This document shows positions 51,733-60,368 of a stretch of DNA of 64,000 bases, piece after piece (the stretch's first letter is position 1; each line of letters begins with the position of its first letter). Made by a program: the position numbers and the translations under genes. The DNA comes from Bacteroidales bacterium UBA6428 (GTDB taxonomy: Bacteria; Bacteroidota; Bacteroidia; Bacteroidales; UBA932). The notes beneath the pieces were generated by a model. The model did no database searches, had not been told where the DNA came from, and worked only from the letters and a program-made list of their open reading frames with translations. The stretch covers positions 49,808 through 113,807 of the forward strand of contig DJOW01000071.1 in the NCBI GenBank assembly GCA_002437305.1, given 5' to 3'.

Positions 51733-53025
51733 CTACTTCAGCCGGATGAAAGAGTAACCGAAGCGCTCGCAGGCGGCGCGTTCCAGAGCCTCCCGATCGT
51801 CCGGATGGGCGATTGAGATCAAGGCCTTCGCACGCTGGGCGAGGTTCTTGTCGCGAAGATAGACACAGCCATATTCAGTGACAACGTACTGCGTCTGGAA
51901 ACGGGTCGTCACCACTCCGGCTCCAGGAGCGAGACGCGCCACGATCTTGCCCCGGCCTTTTGCCGTGCGGGACGGAAGCGCGATGAAAGTCTTTCCTCCC
52001 TCCGACAGCGCGGCGCCGTACATGAAGTCGTGCTGGCCGCCGACACCGGAGAAGATCTTCTCCCCTATGCTGTCCGCGCAGACCTGGCCGGTCAGGTCAA
52101 CCTCGATGGCGGAGTTTATCGCCATTGCCTTGGGATTCTGACGGATGCGCTGCGGATCATTCGTCCAGCCCACATCGTAAAAAACAACGTCCTTGTTGTG
52201 GTCAAGGTACTCGTACATTTGCCGGGATCCAAGCGCAAGGCATGCCACGCCGCGGCCAGGCTCGACCACCTTCCTCGAATTGTCGATCACCCCGGCCTGC
52301 ATCAGCCTGAACACTCCGTCGGTCATCGCCTCAGTGTGCAGGCCGAGATGCCTGTGGTCTTTCAGTCCGTTCAGAATCGCGTTGGGGATGCCGCCGACCC
52401 CGATCTGAAGTGTGGCCCCGTCAGGGATCTCGGCGGCGATGCAGGAGCCTATCGCGGACTCGATCGCGGTCGGAGGGCCGAAACGCATGTCCACAGGAGG
52501 ATCATCACACTCGACGGCCGCGGTTATCCTTGACTCATGGATCATCGCGGTACCGTAAAGGTACGGGATGCTCTTGTTCACCTGCGCGATCACGATCCTG
52601 GCAGACTCGACGGCGGGCAGGGCAAGATCGGCGGAAATGTTGTAGCTGCAGTAGCCGTTCTCATCCGGAAGCGAGCAGTTGATGCATGCGACATCAATCG
52701 GGATCTCACGGCGGCGGATAAGCGATGGGATCTCCCCAAGAAATCCGGGAATAAGGCTTCCATAGCCCTGCGCGACATATTCCCTCTGATCGGAGCAGAG
52801 GAACACGCTGTTCACGAAGAACGAATCCTTGTACTCGGGCCTGCAGAACGGAGCCGGGCCTTTTGTGACGTTGAATCCGGAGACAATGTTTACACCCCGA
52901 AGCTCATCCGCTCTGCGGGAAAGAGCCTCCTGAATTATGACAGGCACCGAGGTGCTTCCCTGAAAGAACACCCAATCACCTGATTTTACAAGCTTTACAG
53001 CCTCATCAGCACTAACGTGTTTCAT
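51733..53025 (-). CDS. Acetyl-CoA hydrolase/transferase (4-hydroxybutyrate CoA-transferase family)
   Basis: DGATLQIGVGGIP, LHTE, INSAIEVDLTGQVCADS, SGVGGQHDF, VVTEYG. Confidence 0.93.
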   Translation of the reverse strand: MKHVSADEAVKLVKSGDWVFFQGSTSVPVIIQEALSRRADELRGVNIVSGFNVTKGPAPFCRPEYKDSFFVNSVFLCSDQREYVAQGYGSLIPGFLGEIPSLIRRREIPIDVACINCSLPDENGYCSYNISADLALPAVESARIVIAQVNKSIPYLYGTAMIHESRITAAVECDDPPVDMRFGPPTAIESAIGSCIAAEIPDGATLQIGVGGIPNAILNGLKDHRHLGLHTEAMTDGVFRLMQAGVIDNSRKVVEPGRGVACLALGSRQMYEYLDHNKDVVFYDVGWTNDPQRIRQNPKAMAINSAIEVDLTGQVCADSIGEKIFSGVGGQHDFMYGAALSEGGKTFIALPSRTAKGRGKIVARLAPGAGVVTTRFQTQYVVTEYGCVYLRDKNLAQRAKALISIAHPDDREALERAACERFGYSFIRLK

Positions 53026-54359
53026 GATCTTTTTCTTGATTGACACTCATCTCCAGATCCAAGCCCGGCGAACAGCCCCAGCCGCTCATCCAAATCCCGG
53101 AAGTCCTTCTCCGAATTCAGCATGGACACACAAACCCTGACGCCCTCGCGCGTGCTGCGTGTCGCGCTCATTGTGATCGCGCAGATCCCGCAGCGAAGCA
53201 AGTTCAGCAGCAACTGGCTGCCAGTCAGCCCCCCGTAACCTATCGTGAAGAAAAAGCCATCGCCCACATCCTCATCTATGTCCTTGTCATAGACGAGGTG
53301 GAAGCCATGACGCAGGAACATCTCCCTGGCCCTTCGCGCCCTGCGTCCGTACTCCCGCATCTCACCCACGAAGTCATATTTCCCGTCAGCCGCGGCCCCA
53401 AGCATCTCCGCAAAGGCGAACTGCGCCGAATGGGAGCATCCTGACGAATTCACATAAAGATAGGTCAGAGAAAAATTGTCGCCAAAGCGCCCCAATCCGT
53501 AACGCTCGCGAAGGGAGGGGTACTCCCGATTGCAGAGTTTGTCGGAGATGGCGACCAAAGCTATCCTCTCCCCTGCGTAACTGAATATCTTGGACGCGGA
53601 AATCATCAGCACGCAGTTCTCTGTGTACCTGGCGACCGTCGGCTGGAAAGGGGGAAGGAACGGCATGGAGAGGTCCTTGCGGAAATCCATGCACAGATAC
53701 GCCATGTCCTCAAGGGCGATCACATCATATTTGGTGCAAAGCTCCCCAAGGCTTGCCAGCTCCTCCTCCGTCAGACATACCCACGAAGGGTTGTTAGGGT
53801 TCGAATAGACTATCGCGGTGACATGCCCGTCGCCAAAGACTTCCTCCAGCTTTTCCCGGAACCTGTCGCCTCTGTGGTCGTAAAGGTCCAGCAGCCTGGC
53901 CTTCGCGCCAACGACATTGGCTTGTACGTAATGCGAAGGGAACCCTGGGCCGAGGTAGACCACAGTGTCCTTCCCGGGATTCATCTGGACGCACTCCAGA
54001 AGAAGGTTGTAACATCCCTGCATCGAGCCGACCGTCGGCACGATTCCCTCGGGGTCTATGTCGACCCCCACAAAAGCCTTTATGAAGCGGGAGCCGTTCT
54101 CCTTCAGTTCACGGAGGCCACACGCCGGAGGATAGACAGAGGCCGCACCGCTGTCCAAGGCTTTCTTCTGGGCTTCAAGTCCTGTCCTGCAGGCATTCAT
54201 GCCTGGTATTCCGAACTCCAAGTGGACAAACTTCTCACCTGAAATCCATTCCAACTCATGGGACACATTGACACATTGACGGATCGTTGTTCTCCCGATG
54301 TCAGTGATGTCAAGTCTTTGCAGGACTTCATCTATGGAATGTCTAGAGATAGGCCACAT
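53022..54359 (-). CDS. PLP-dependent aminotransferase class I/II
   Basis: PTVGSMQG, YSNPNNP, EDMAY, SASKIFSYAGER. Start set at MWPIS. Confidence 0.92.
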   Translation of the reverse strand: MWPISRHSIDEVLQRLDITDIGRTTIRQCVNVSHELEWISGEKFVHLEFGIPGMNACRTGLEAQKKALDSGAASVYPPACGLRELKENGSRFIKAFVGVDIDPEGIVPTVGSMQGCYNLLLECVQMNPGKDTVVYLGPGFPSHYVQANVVGAKARLLDLYDHRGDRFREKLEEVFGDGHVTAIVYSNPNNPSWVCLTEEELASLGELCTKYDVIALEDMAYLCMDFRKDLSMPFLPPFQPTVARYTENCVLMISASKIFSYAGERIALVAISDKLCNREYPSLRERYGLGRFGDNFSLTYLYVNSSGCSHSAQFAFAEMLGAAADGKYDFVGEMREYGRRARRAREMFLRHGFHLVYDKDIDEDVGDGFFFTIGYGGLTGSQLLLNLLRCGICAITMSATRSTREGVRVCVSMLNSEKDFRDLDERLGLFAGLGSGDECQSRKRS

Positions 54360-54516
54360 CACGAAAAGATTTACGGGTCTCAGGCACGGCGTCAAACGCC
54401 GCGGCCTTCCCTTTGCAAGGCCAATCGTAATGGATCCCGCGCTCTTTGGCGGGAGGGTGGAACCGAGTGTATAAGGTCAAGGCCTCCCCACCCAGAAGAA
54501 GTATCTTTTCAGACAT
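54343..54516 (-). pseudogene. Probable deleted remnant of indolepyruvate:ferredoxin oxidoreductase alpha subunit (iorA-like)
   Basis: The 57-aa ORF MSEKILLLGGEAL...AKERGIHYDW resembles the IorA N-terminus (LLLGDEA...ERGIH..W) but lacks the YPGTPSTE motif. Confidence 0.55.
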
Positions 54517-54620
54517 AACTCGTAGCGGTTTATAGTTTTTGTGTTACCACGGCTACAAGTTACAAAAAATCCTACATATTCAAAATTTTCTTTCAAATTT
54601 TAACGCCATCGGCAGATAAA

Positions 54621-55322
54621 TCATAAATCCTTAAACCCTTCCGGGATTTTGGCCTCGATTGGAGCCTCAAGGCAGTCGTCAAGGATGCGGATGGTGTGGA
54701 TGTCTGTTCCCGCATAGTCATAGAATCCCTTTCGAAGCAACTCGCCGGCCACCTTTTTTGCCCGCCTCCCGTAAAGCCCGGCAAGAGAGAAAAGATTCAG
54801 CTGAAAGAGAATACCCATCGATTTCAGGCTCTCATAGTCCTCCAGTGACATGTAGATGTACCTCTCGGGGTGGGCAAGGATCGGGAACATTCCCTTCGAC
54901 TTTATCGTCTGCAGAATGTCATGAAACCCATAGGGAGGCGTGAAGTAGGAGGTCTCCACGAGAAGATGGTCGCGCCTGTCGCCGACAGCGAGCAGATCCC
55001 CTTCCCTGAGACGTTCCTCGAACAGGTTGTCAATCATGTTCTCGGCGCCAAGGTGCAGCGTCAGGCCACCTTTATAGTTTTTCCGAAGATCCTCGAATCT
55101 CGCCTTCAGGTCCCCGGTCTTGTTGGGGACATCCTCCATGATGTGAGGGGTCAGCCAGACAGACTTCATCCCCAGTCTCTCGTAACGATCCAAAATCGCA
55201 AGAGACTCCTCCATCGTCCCGACTCCGTCATCGACCCCAGGAAGGATGTGCGAATGGCAATCCGTCAGACCATTGAAAATTCCACTGTCACCAAGGGTGC
55301 GCTTTTTAGTAAAAGGCCACAT
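54621..55322 (-). CDS. CpsB/CapC family PHP tyrosine-protein phosphatase
   Basis: DCHSHILPGVDDG, LTPH, LAHPERY, QLN, GTDIH. Confidence 0.93.
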   Translation of the reverse strand: MWPFTKKRTLGDSGIFNGLTDCHSHILPGVDDGVGTMEESLAILDRYERLGMKSVWLTPHIMEDVPNKTGDLKARFEDLRKNYKGGLTLHLGAENMIDNLFEERLREGDLLAVGDRRDHLLVETSYFTPPYGFHDILQTIKSKGMFPILAHPERYIYMSLEDYESLKSMGILFQLNLFSLAGLYGRRAKKVAGELLRKGFYDYAGTDIHTIRILDDCLEAPIEAKIPEGFKDL

Positions 55323-55401
55323 ATTCAACTATTTTTCAAGCAGTTCTGGTTAATGGCCACCTGGCACTGTCATTGGTGTGCCAGACAGGCCGTCCGGCGC
55401 G

Positions 55402-55803
55402 CTATCGCCTCAAAATATCCTTTTCTCCGAGCGGCTCGTAGGCGCCATCCTTCGCCTCGAAGATTATTGTGCCGGGCTCCAATGACTCGGAGTTATGCCA
55501 TGTCCCCAACGGGACCGCACAGATCGAGACCGGAGCGCCCGCCTTATAAATCACGGATTCCGTGATGTTTCCATCTTCGTCATAGAAATTCTGGCGGATC
55601 GCTCCACGGATCACCGCCACTGTCTCAGACGAGCCGGTGTGCCTGTGCACCGGGATCTCCGTCCCCGGCTCCATAGCGTTCAACATCCTCTGGGAACCGT
55701 CATGCGGAGAGTTCCGCAGATCATAATTCATCCTCAGTCTGGGAGACTTCCGCGCCTCCTCAGTCAGGCCATCAAGCAATTTTGAATCTATCAACATCTG
55801 CAT
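55402..55803 (-). CDS. WbuC family cupin-fold metalloprotein
   Basis: SPRLRMNYDL, QRMLNAMEPGT, HRH..SSET, WH, FEAKDGAY. Confidence 0.9.
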   Translation of the reverse strand: MQMLIDSKLLDGLTEEARKSPRLRMNYDLRNSPHDGSQRMLNAMEPGTEIPVHRHTGSSETVAVIRGAIRQNFYDEDGNITESVIYKAGAPVSICAVPLGTWHNSESLEPGTIIFEAKDGAYEPLGEKDILRR

Positions 55804-55854
55804 TTTCAATTTACATCAACATTCAAATCTTCACCCATGTAATTAGTCAAACCA

Positions 55855-57318
55855 TCACAACAGCGAATACCTGACTCCGAACGTGACTCCGACGGAGTCC
55901 TGGTACAATTGTCCCTTGTCCGCATACAGTCCATAAAGGAAAGAAAGCCCCTTGACTTTGAACATGCCGTCGAATTGTCCCATAAAGGCCGCCGAGAGCT
56001 GCCTGAGTCCCGTCTCCTTGACCGTCCCCCAAGGCTTCTGGTATTGGGACTCCCCTGTGTAGGGAGCGGAGTAGGTCCCATAGTTGTCACTGTAGGTCAG
56101 CATCAGCTTATAGGGATGTTTGCGGAACAATTTCCCGCCTATTCCCAGATGATGCGACTTGACACGATTGTTCTCGATCCCGAGGTTGACCAATGCCGAT
56201 GACCACTTCCCACCATGAACGCCCTTCGGCAAGAACAAAGGATCGCCGATCACTCTCCCGTAATGGGTCCAGCCGGACCTGTAGTACGAGTTGCCGAAAT
56301 AATTGTCAAGCCCCACCGTAGACACTCCTGGAGGTGTGATCGAATGACCGTCCTTGTCAAACGCCTCCCCGTTTATCGGCCCGGACTGGTACATCGTGTA
56401 TTGATGCTCGTACACCACGTCACTTATCCATCTATCCTTATCCAAAAAGCTAAAGGACAAAGTATTGACTCCGTCCGGAAAGTTATAGAACCCCATTCCC
56501 GAGCCGTCAGCGTAAGGAATGTCGTGCTGGGCAGTCAACACCCAATCACCGGCCCTGTACGTGATCCTTATGATCTCGCTGCCGCCTTGGTCTCCAATGA
56601 CGTTCAACCGGTCACTCATCGTCCCGTCGCCGCCGGCACTGCCGCCTGTCACCACCTTTATGTAATTCTTAAACGAGACCGGATAACTGGCCTCTTCCGG
56701 ATGCCTTCCGGCCCACATGGCATAATGATCAAGCACAGCATCAAGCGACAGCCTTTGTGTCAATGAGAAACGCAATCCTATCCTGGTCCTGTGCACAAGC
56801 GCATCCTTTACATAACGGTCGTCGGTGGTCGCGAAATCACCGTAGGCTCCGTAGATCCACAGATGCTTTCCCGTCCAGGGCACAGCAACAGGATCCAGAC
56901 TTAAAAGATAGCCGGGAAGCGAACGGGCGTTCCCTGTTTCGACAAGATGCCCACCGGTCACCGACAGTGATCCCAACAACTCCGACGCTCCGACAAAGTC
57001 ATTCTCACGGTGCTTGATCCCGACATCCAAGGTAAACGGCTTCCATTTCAGCGAGCCGTAGAGTTCATCAACCATGAGGTTAACGGTTCTTGATGAAAGG
57101 TCAAGCGGATTATTGTAGGCGTTCGCCGCCAAGGATGCCCCTCCCCTGTACTGAATGGTCTTAGACTCATCAAATTGCGTGCTTGCCTGGAACAGCGCCA
57201 AAGCCCCGTTCCTTTCCGGCATCAATCCGTAACGGTTGGTTGTCATCCAGTACGGCAGATAGCCATCTGATGAAGACATTGCCCCAAGGAGCATTATGGA
57301 TGCGATAAAGTCATTCAT
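55855..57318 (-). CDS. Capsule assembly Wzi-like outer membrane protein
   Basis: LPYWMTTNRYG, NARSLPG, T.YQSG, DNYF.N..Y..GW, NNRV..HHLG; located in a capsule locus. Confidence 0.8.
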   Translation of the reverse strand: MNDFIASIMLLGAMSSSDGYLPYWMTTNRYGLMPERNGALALFQASTQFDESKTIQYRGGASLAANAYNNPLDLSSRTVNLMVDELYGSLKWKPFTLDVGIKHRENDFVGASELLGSLSVTGGHLVETGNARSLPGYLLSLDPVAVPWTGKHLWIYGAYGDFATTDDRYVKDALVHRTRIGLRFSLTQRLSLDAVLDHYAMWAGRHPEEASYPVSFKNYIKVVTGGSAGGDGTMSDRLNVIGDQGGSEIIRITYRAGDWVLTAQHDIPYADGSGMGFYNFPDGVNTLSFSFLDKDRWISDVVYEHQYTMYQSGPINGEAFDKDGHSITPPGVSTVGLDNYFGNSYYRSGWTHYGRVIGDPLFLPKGVHGGKWSSALVNLGIENNRVKSHHLGIGGKLFRKHPYKLMLTYSDNYGTYSAPYTGESQYQKPWGTVKETGLRQLSAAFMGQFDGMFKVKGLSFLYGLYADKGQLYQDSVGVTFGVRYSLL

Positions 57319-57439
57319 TGGGTGATGCGTTTTCTCTTTTAATATTCCCTAGCCATGCGTCCACTTGCCACCGGCACCGCTCTTAGAATATTTGTGTAAA
57401 AATAAAACAAATAATCGGATCAGCCAAACTTGCCTTCTC

Positions 57440-57580
57440 CGGCACCCCACCCCGGCACCTCGTCCCCGGTCTCTCGTCCCCGGCCCCCTCGCCCTCGGCC
57501 TCTCGTCTCCGGCACCTCGCCCTCGGCCCCTAGTCTCCGGCACCCCGTCCTCGGCCCCCTAGTCTCCGGCACCTCGCCCC
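57440..57580. repeat. Minisatellite of 10 degenerate 13-15 bp units, consensus CGGCACCTCGTCCC
   Basis: Units read directly by splitting at each CGG. Confidence 0.85.
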
Positions 57581-57638
57581 CGGCTCCTTTCACTCCGCAG
57601 CCGATCAGAGCCAGACGCACCGCCGCTGTCCCGGCAGA
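57567..57638 (-). pseudogene. Fragment of a DegT-family aminotransferase gene
   Basis: Translates to SAGTAAVRLALIGCGVKGAGGEV, compared with SAGTAAVHLALIGCGVKAGDEV in the intact gene at 59337-59405. Confidence 0.85.
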
Positions 57639-57816
57639 CGCCCAACTTCAGCACTATCTGCATCTGAGTGAGGAATTGTCGGGATGGTTCATTAATTCTG
57701 CTCCACATAGTCTGCTCCACATAGTGACATCTGAAAACTGTGTCGGTTCTCATTTTCTGGAATCTGCGGAAACGCAATCACTGTTTAGACAACGATGCGG
57801 ACGCGAGGCTTCAGCC

Positions 57817-57908
57817 ATCCTACCGCAACTTTATTTTAAATATCCATAGCAACAGAAGAAGCAGCATCAGTCTGAACAAATCCTACCGCAACTTTATTTT
57901 AAATATCC
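57817..57908. repeat. Perfect 29-bp direct repeat (2 copies) separated by 34 bp
   Basis: ATCCTACCGCAACTTTATTTTAAATATCC at 57817-57845 and 57880-57908. Confidence 0.9.
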
Positions 57909-58247
57909 CCATACTGTAAGGCCGCGTCCCGGACCGCTGAAGATCAGCTGTTTATCGCCCTTTGCAAGCCTCGCAGAAGCGCTCAAAGAAAGTACCTTGC
58001 CTCCCGGCTGGAGTTCGATGAGGCCTGGACGGAAGAGAACCTCCCCGTGGCGGTTAAATTGCTTACTCACAATTAGATGATTATCTATCCTCCCTATTGA
58101 GGCGGGTAGGAGGATGCCTCTGTTGTGTATTGAATACCAATAGTTTGTCCTCCACGCCCAAGTTGAGATTTTATTACTAACATTAAGGCAACCGCCCAGA
58201 AGCACGAATGTTAATACTGCACTAAAACACAAATACACATATAAAAC

Positions 58248-58274
58248 AAAAAAACGAAGTCCGAAGACTCCGTT
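58248..58274 (-). terminator. Rho-independent terminator downstream of the degT-family gene
   Basis: Minus strand AACGGAGTC-TTCG-GACTTCGTT followed by a U-tract. Confidence 0.75.
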
Positions 58275-58325
58275 CAATTCAAAGCGAATGAATATGCTGA
58301 CGAGGCCTCAACCCGCTATATCAGC

Positions 58326-59681
58326 CTACTTCACCATCGCTTCCTTGATGCTGTCAACGATGTAGCGCACGTCATCGTCCGTCACATACGGACCGGCTGG
58401 AAGGCAGAAGCCAACCTTGAAGAGCGACTCCTCCACTCCATTGGTGTAGACAGGCGTGCCCGCATAGACCGGCTGTTTGTGCATCGGTTTCCATGTCGGA
58501 CGGGCCTCGATCTTCTTGCCGAGCATGAAGACACGCAGGGCCTCGACATTCTCGTTCGGCTGGCAGTCTGTGGTGGCGGAATCCACCTGATGAATAACGC
58601 CGGCGGCACCACCTACAGCGGTCTTTATCACCTCTTTGTAGGCGTTCTCCTGGCCCTTGATCCGGACCGAAGGGTCAAGCGTGGCGGCGCAAAGCCAGAA
58701 ATTGGCGTCAAAGCGAGGATCAGACGGCTGCTTATGAATATTCACACCCGGAACATCGGCCAACAGCTCCTCATACAATTTCTGCACATGACGGTGATGG
58801 GCGATGTGGGCATCCAACACCGTCATCTGCCCACGGCCTATTCCCGCACAGACATTGGACATACGGTAGTTGTAGCCGATGGCCGTGTGCTGATAGTAAG
58901 GATAGGCATCGCGCGCCTGCGTCGCATACCACATGATCTCATTGGCATCCTCGGCATTGCGGCAGATCAGGGCACCGCCACCAGAAGTCGTGATCATCTT
59001 GTTACCGTTGAATGACAGGACTCCGTATTTTCCGAATGTTCCGAGAACCTGACCATTAAAGCGCGAACCCATCCCCTCGGCAGCATCCTCGACAACCGGA
59101 ATTCCATATTTCTCAGCTATCGCCAGAATCTTGTCTATGTGATAAGGCATTCCGTACAATGCGACCGGAACAATGGCCTTAGGATACTTGCCAGTCTTCT
59201 CTTTTCTGTCAATTATCGCCTTTTCCAAAAGCTCCGGATCCATATTCCAAGTCTCCCCTTCCGAACCGATGAAGATCGGTTTAGCACCGAGATAGGTGAT
59301 CGGGTGCGACGACGCGCAGAAGGTGTAGCTCTGCACCAGCACCTCGTCCCCAGCCTTCACTCCGCACCCGATCAGCGCAAGATGCACAGCTGCTGTTCCA
59401 GCCGAGAGGCACACCACTTTACGGTCCAACTGGGTTGCTGAGCCTGTCGAAGCAACCTTTCCATCCGCTCCGTCCGCTTCGGCAAGCTCAGCGTCCGATC
59501 CTTGTCGAAGGGCCGTACGACCATTGACAAATGCCTCCAGATCCTTCTCGAAAGCATTCACATTCGGCCCCATCGGCACAACCCAATTCGTGTCAAACGC
59601 CTCCTTGACATACTTCTGCTCCCACCCATCATCTGACATGTGAGCCAGACAAAGGTAAATTGTCTTTCTTTCTTCTGACAT
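58326..59681 (-). CDS. DegT/DnrJ/EryC1/StrS sugar aminotransferase (EpsN/PglE-like) with an in-frame REP-derived insertion
   Basis: GPNVNAFE, SAGTAAVHLAL, TFCAS, EDAAE, SFNGNKMITTSGGG, GYNYRMSN, WKPMH. Confidence 0.95.
   Translation of the reverse strand: MSEERKTIYLCLAHMSDDGWEQKYVKEAFDTNWVVPMGPNVNAFEKDLEAFVNGRTALRQGSDAELAEADGADGKVASTGSATQLDRKVVCLSAGTAAVHLALIGCGVKAGDEVLVQSYTFCASSHPITYLGAKPIFIGSEGETWNMDPELLEKAIIDRKEKTGKYPKAIVPVALYGMPYHIDKILAIAEKYGIPVVEDAAEGMGSRFNGQVLGTFGKYGVLSFNGNKMITTSGGGALICRNAEDANEIMWYATQARDAYPYYQHTAIGYNYRMSNVCAGIGRGQMTVLDAHIAHHRHVQKLYEELLADVPGVNIHKQPSDPRFDANFWLCAATLDPSVRIKGQENAYKEVIKTAVGGAAGVIHQVDSATTDCQPNENVEALRVFMLGKKIEARPTWKPMHKQPVYAGTPVYTNGVEESLFKVGFCLPAGPYVTDDDVRYIVDSIKEAMVK
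59433..59514. repeat. Cluster of three REP-like elements inside a coding sequence
   Basis: GGTTGCTGAGCCTGTCGAAGCAACC (59433-59457), GCTTCGGCAAGCTCAGCG (59476-59493), partial CTTGTCGAAGG (59501-59511). Confidence 0.8.
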
Positions 59682-59714
59682 AGTATTTAGATTTTGATGA
59701 ATATTCCCCGTTTC

Positions 59715-60368
59715 TCACACCTCCTCACCGGCGAACTTTACCTTGAAGCCAAGGACTGTGGCGAAGATCATCTCGATGTCCTTGAGGAAGCTGTAGTGAC
59801 GGTAATAGTAGCAGTTCAGGTGAACCTTGTCAGGGTAGATCACCGTGTCATTATATTCAGTGGCAATCTCCTGCATCAGACGAGTGTCCCCCTCCGTCTG
59901 ACGCGAGGCGACATATTCAGAGATCATCTCATCCTCCAGCCGGTACTTCAGGGTAGCAGGCCCCGTGATTCCCGGACGCAGCTTCAGCACATCGCGGTCA
60001 TCCCCGGTCAGTTTGTCCGCATACCCAGGCACGTCCGGCCTAGGCCCCACGAAGCTCATGTTCCCGACCAGCACATCCCACAGCTCCGGCAGCTCGTCAA
60101 GCTTGTAGTGCCGCAGCACCGCCCCCAGCGGCGTGATCCGCGAATCCCCCGCCACAGAAACGGATGACCCATTATGCTTCACCCTCATCGTCCGGAACTT
60201 ATGGCACCTGAATATCCTCCCGTCCTTCCCCACCCTATCCTGCACAAAGAACACCGGTCCCCCCGGCATCTTAATCTTCACCAATATGGCCACAACCACC
60301 AGCACCGGCCACAAAAACAAAAGGCCGAGCAGCGCGACTGCCCGGTCAAAAATCCATTTGAGCATCAT
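59715..60368 (-). CDS. Bacterial sugar transferase (initiating phosphoglycosyl transferase)
   Basis: KWIFD, KFRTM, LDELP, GNMSFVGPRP, RPGITG. Confidence 0.95.
   Translation of the reverse strand: MMLKWIFDRAVALLGLLFLWPVLVVVAILVKIKMPGGPVFFVQDRVGKDGRIFRCHKFRTMRVKHNGSSVSVAGDSRITPLGAVLRHYKLDELPELWDVLVGNMSFVGPRPDVPGYADKLTGDDRDVLKLRPGITGPATLKYRLEDEMISEYVASRQTEGDTRLMQEIATEYNDTVIYPDKVHLNCYYYRHYSFLKDIEMIFATVLGFKVKFAGEEV

Noticed and set aside
54400..54561. Possible SAM or other riboswitch upstream of the aminotransferase
   Set aside because: No conserved aptamer core was recognised. The sequence is better explained as an iorA-like coding remnant plus one hairpin.
57349..57849. Pro/Arg/Gly-rich ORFs over the minisatellite
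   Set aside because: These are open frames produced by a GC-rich tandem repeat.
57817..57908. Calling the 29-bp repeat pair a CRISPR array
   Set aside because: There are only two repeats, no third degenerate copy at the 63-bp period, no palindrome and no cas genes in the window. Kept as an unexplained repeat.
57894..58277. 127-aa minus-strand ORF
   Set aside because: It starts inside a terminator hairpin, ends in the direct repeat and has no recognisable motif, so it is probably spurious.
58560..58680. Second apparent insertion in DegT (KGQENAYKEVIKTAVGGAAGVIH...)
   Set aside because: It contains no REP motif and, from recall, is a lineage-typical loop in Bacteroidales homologues.
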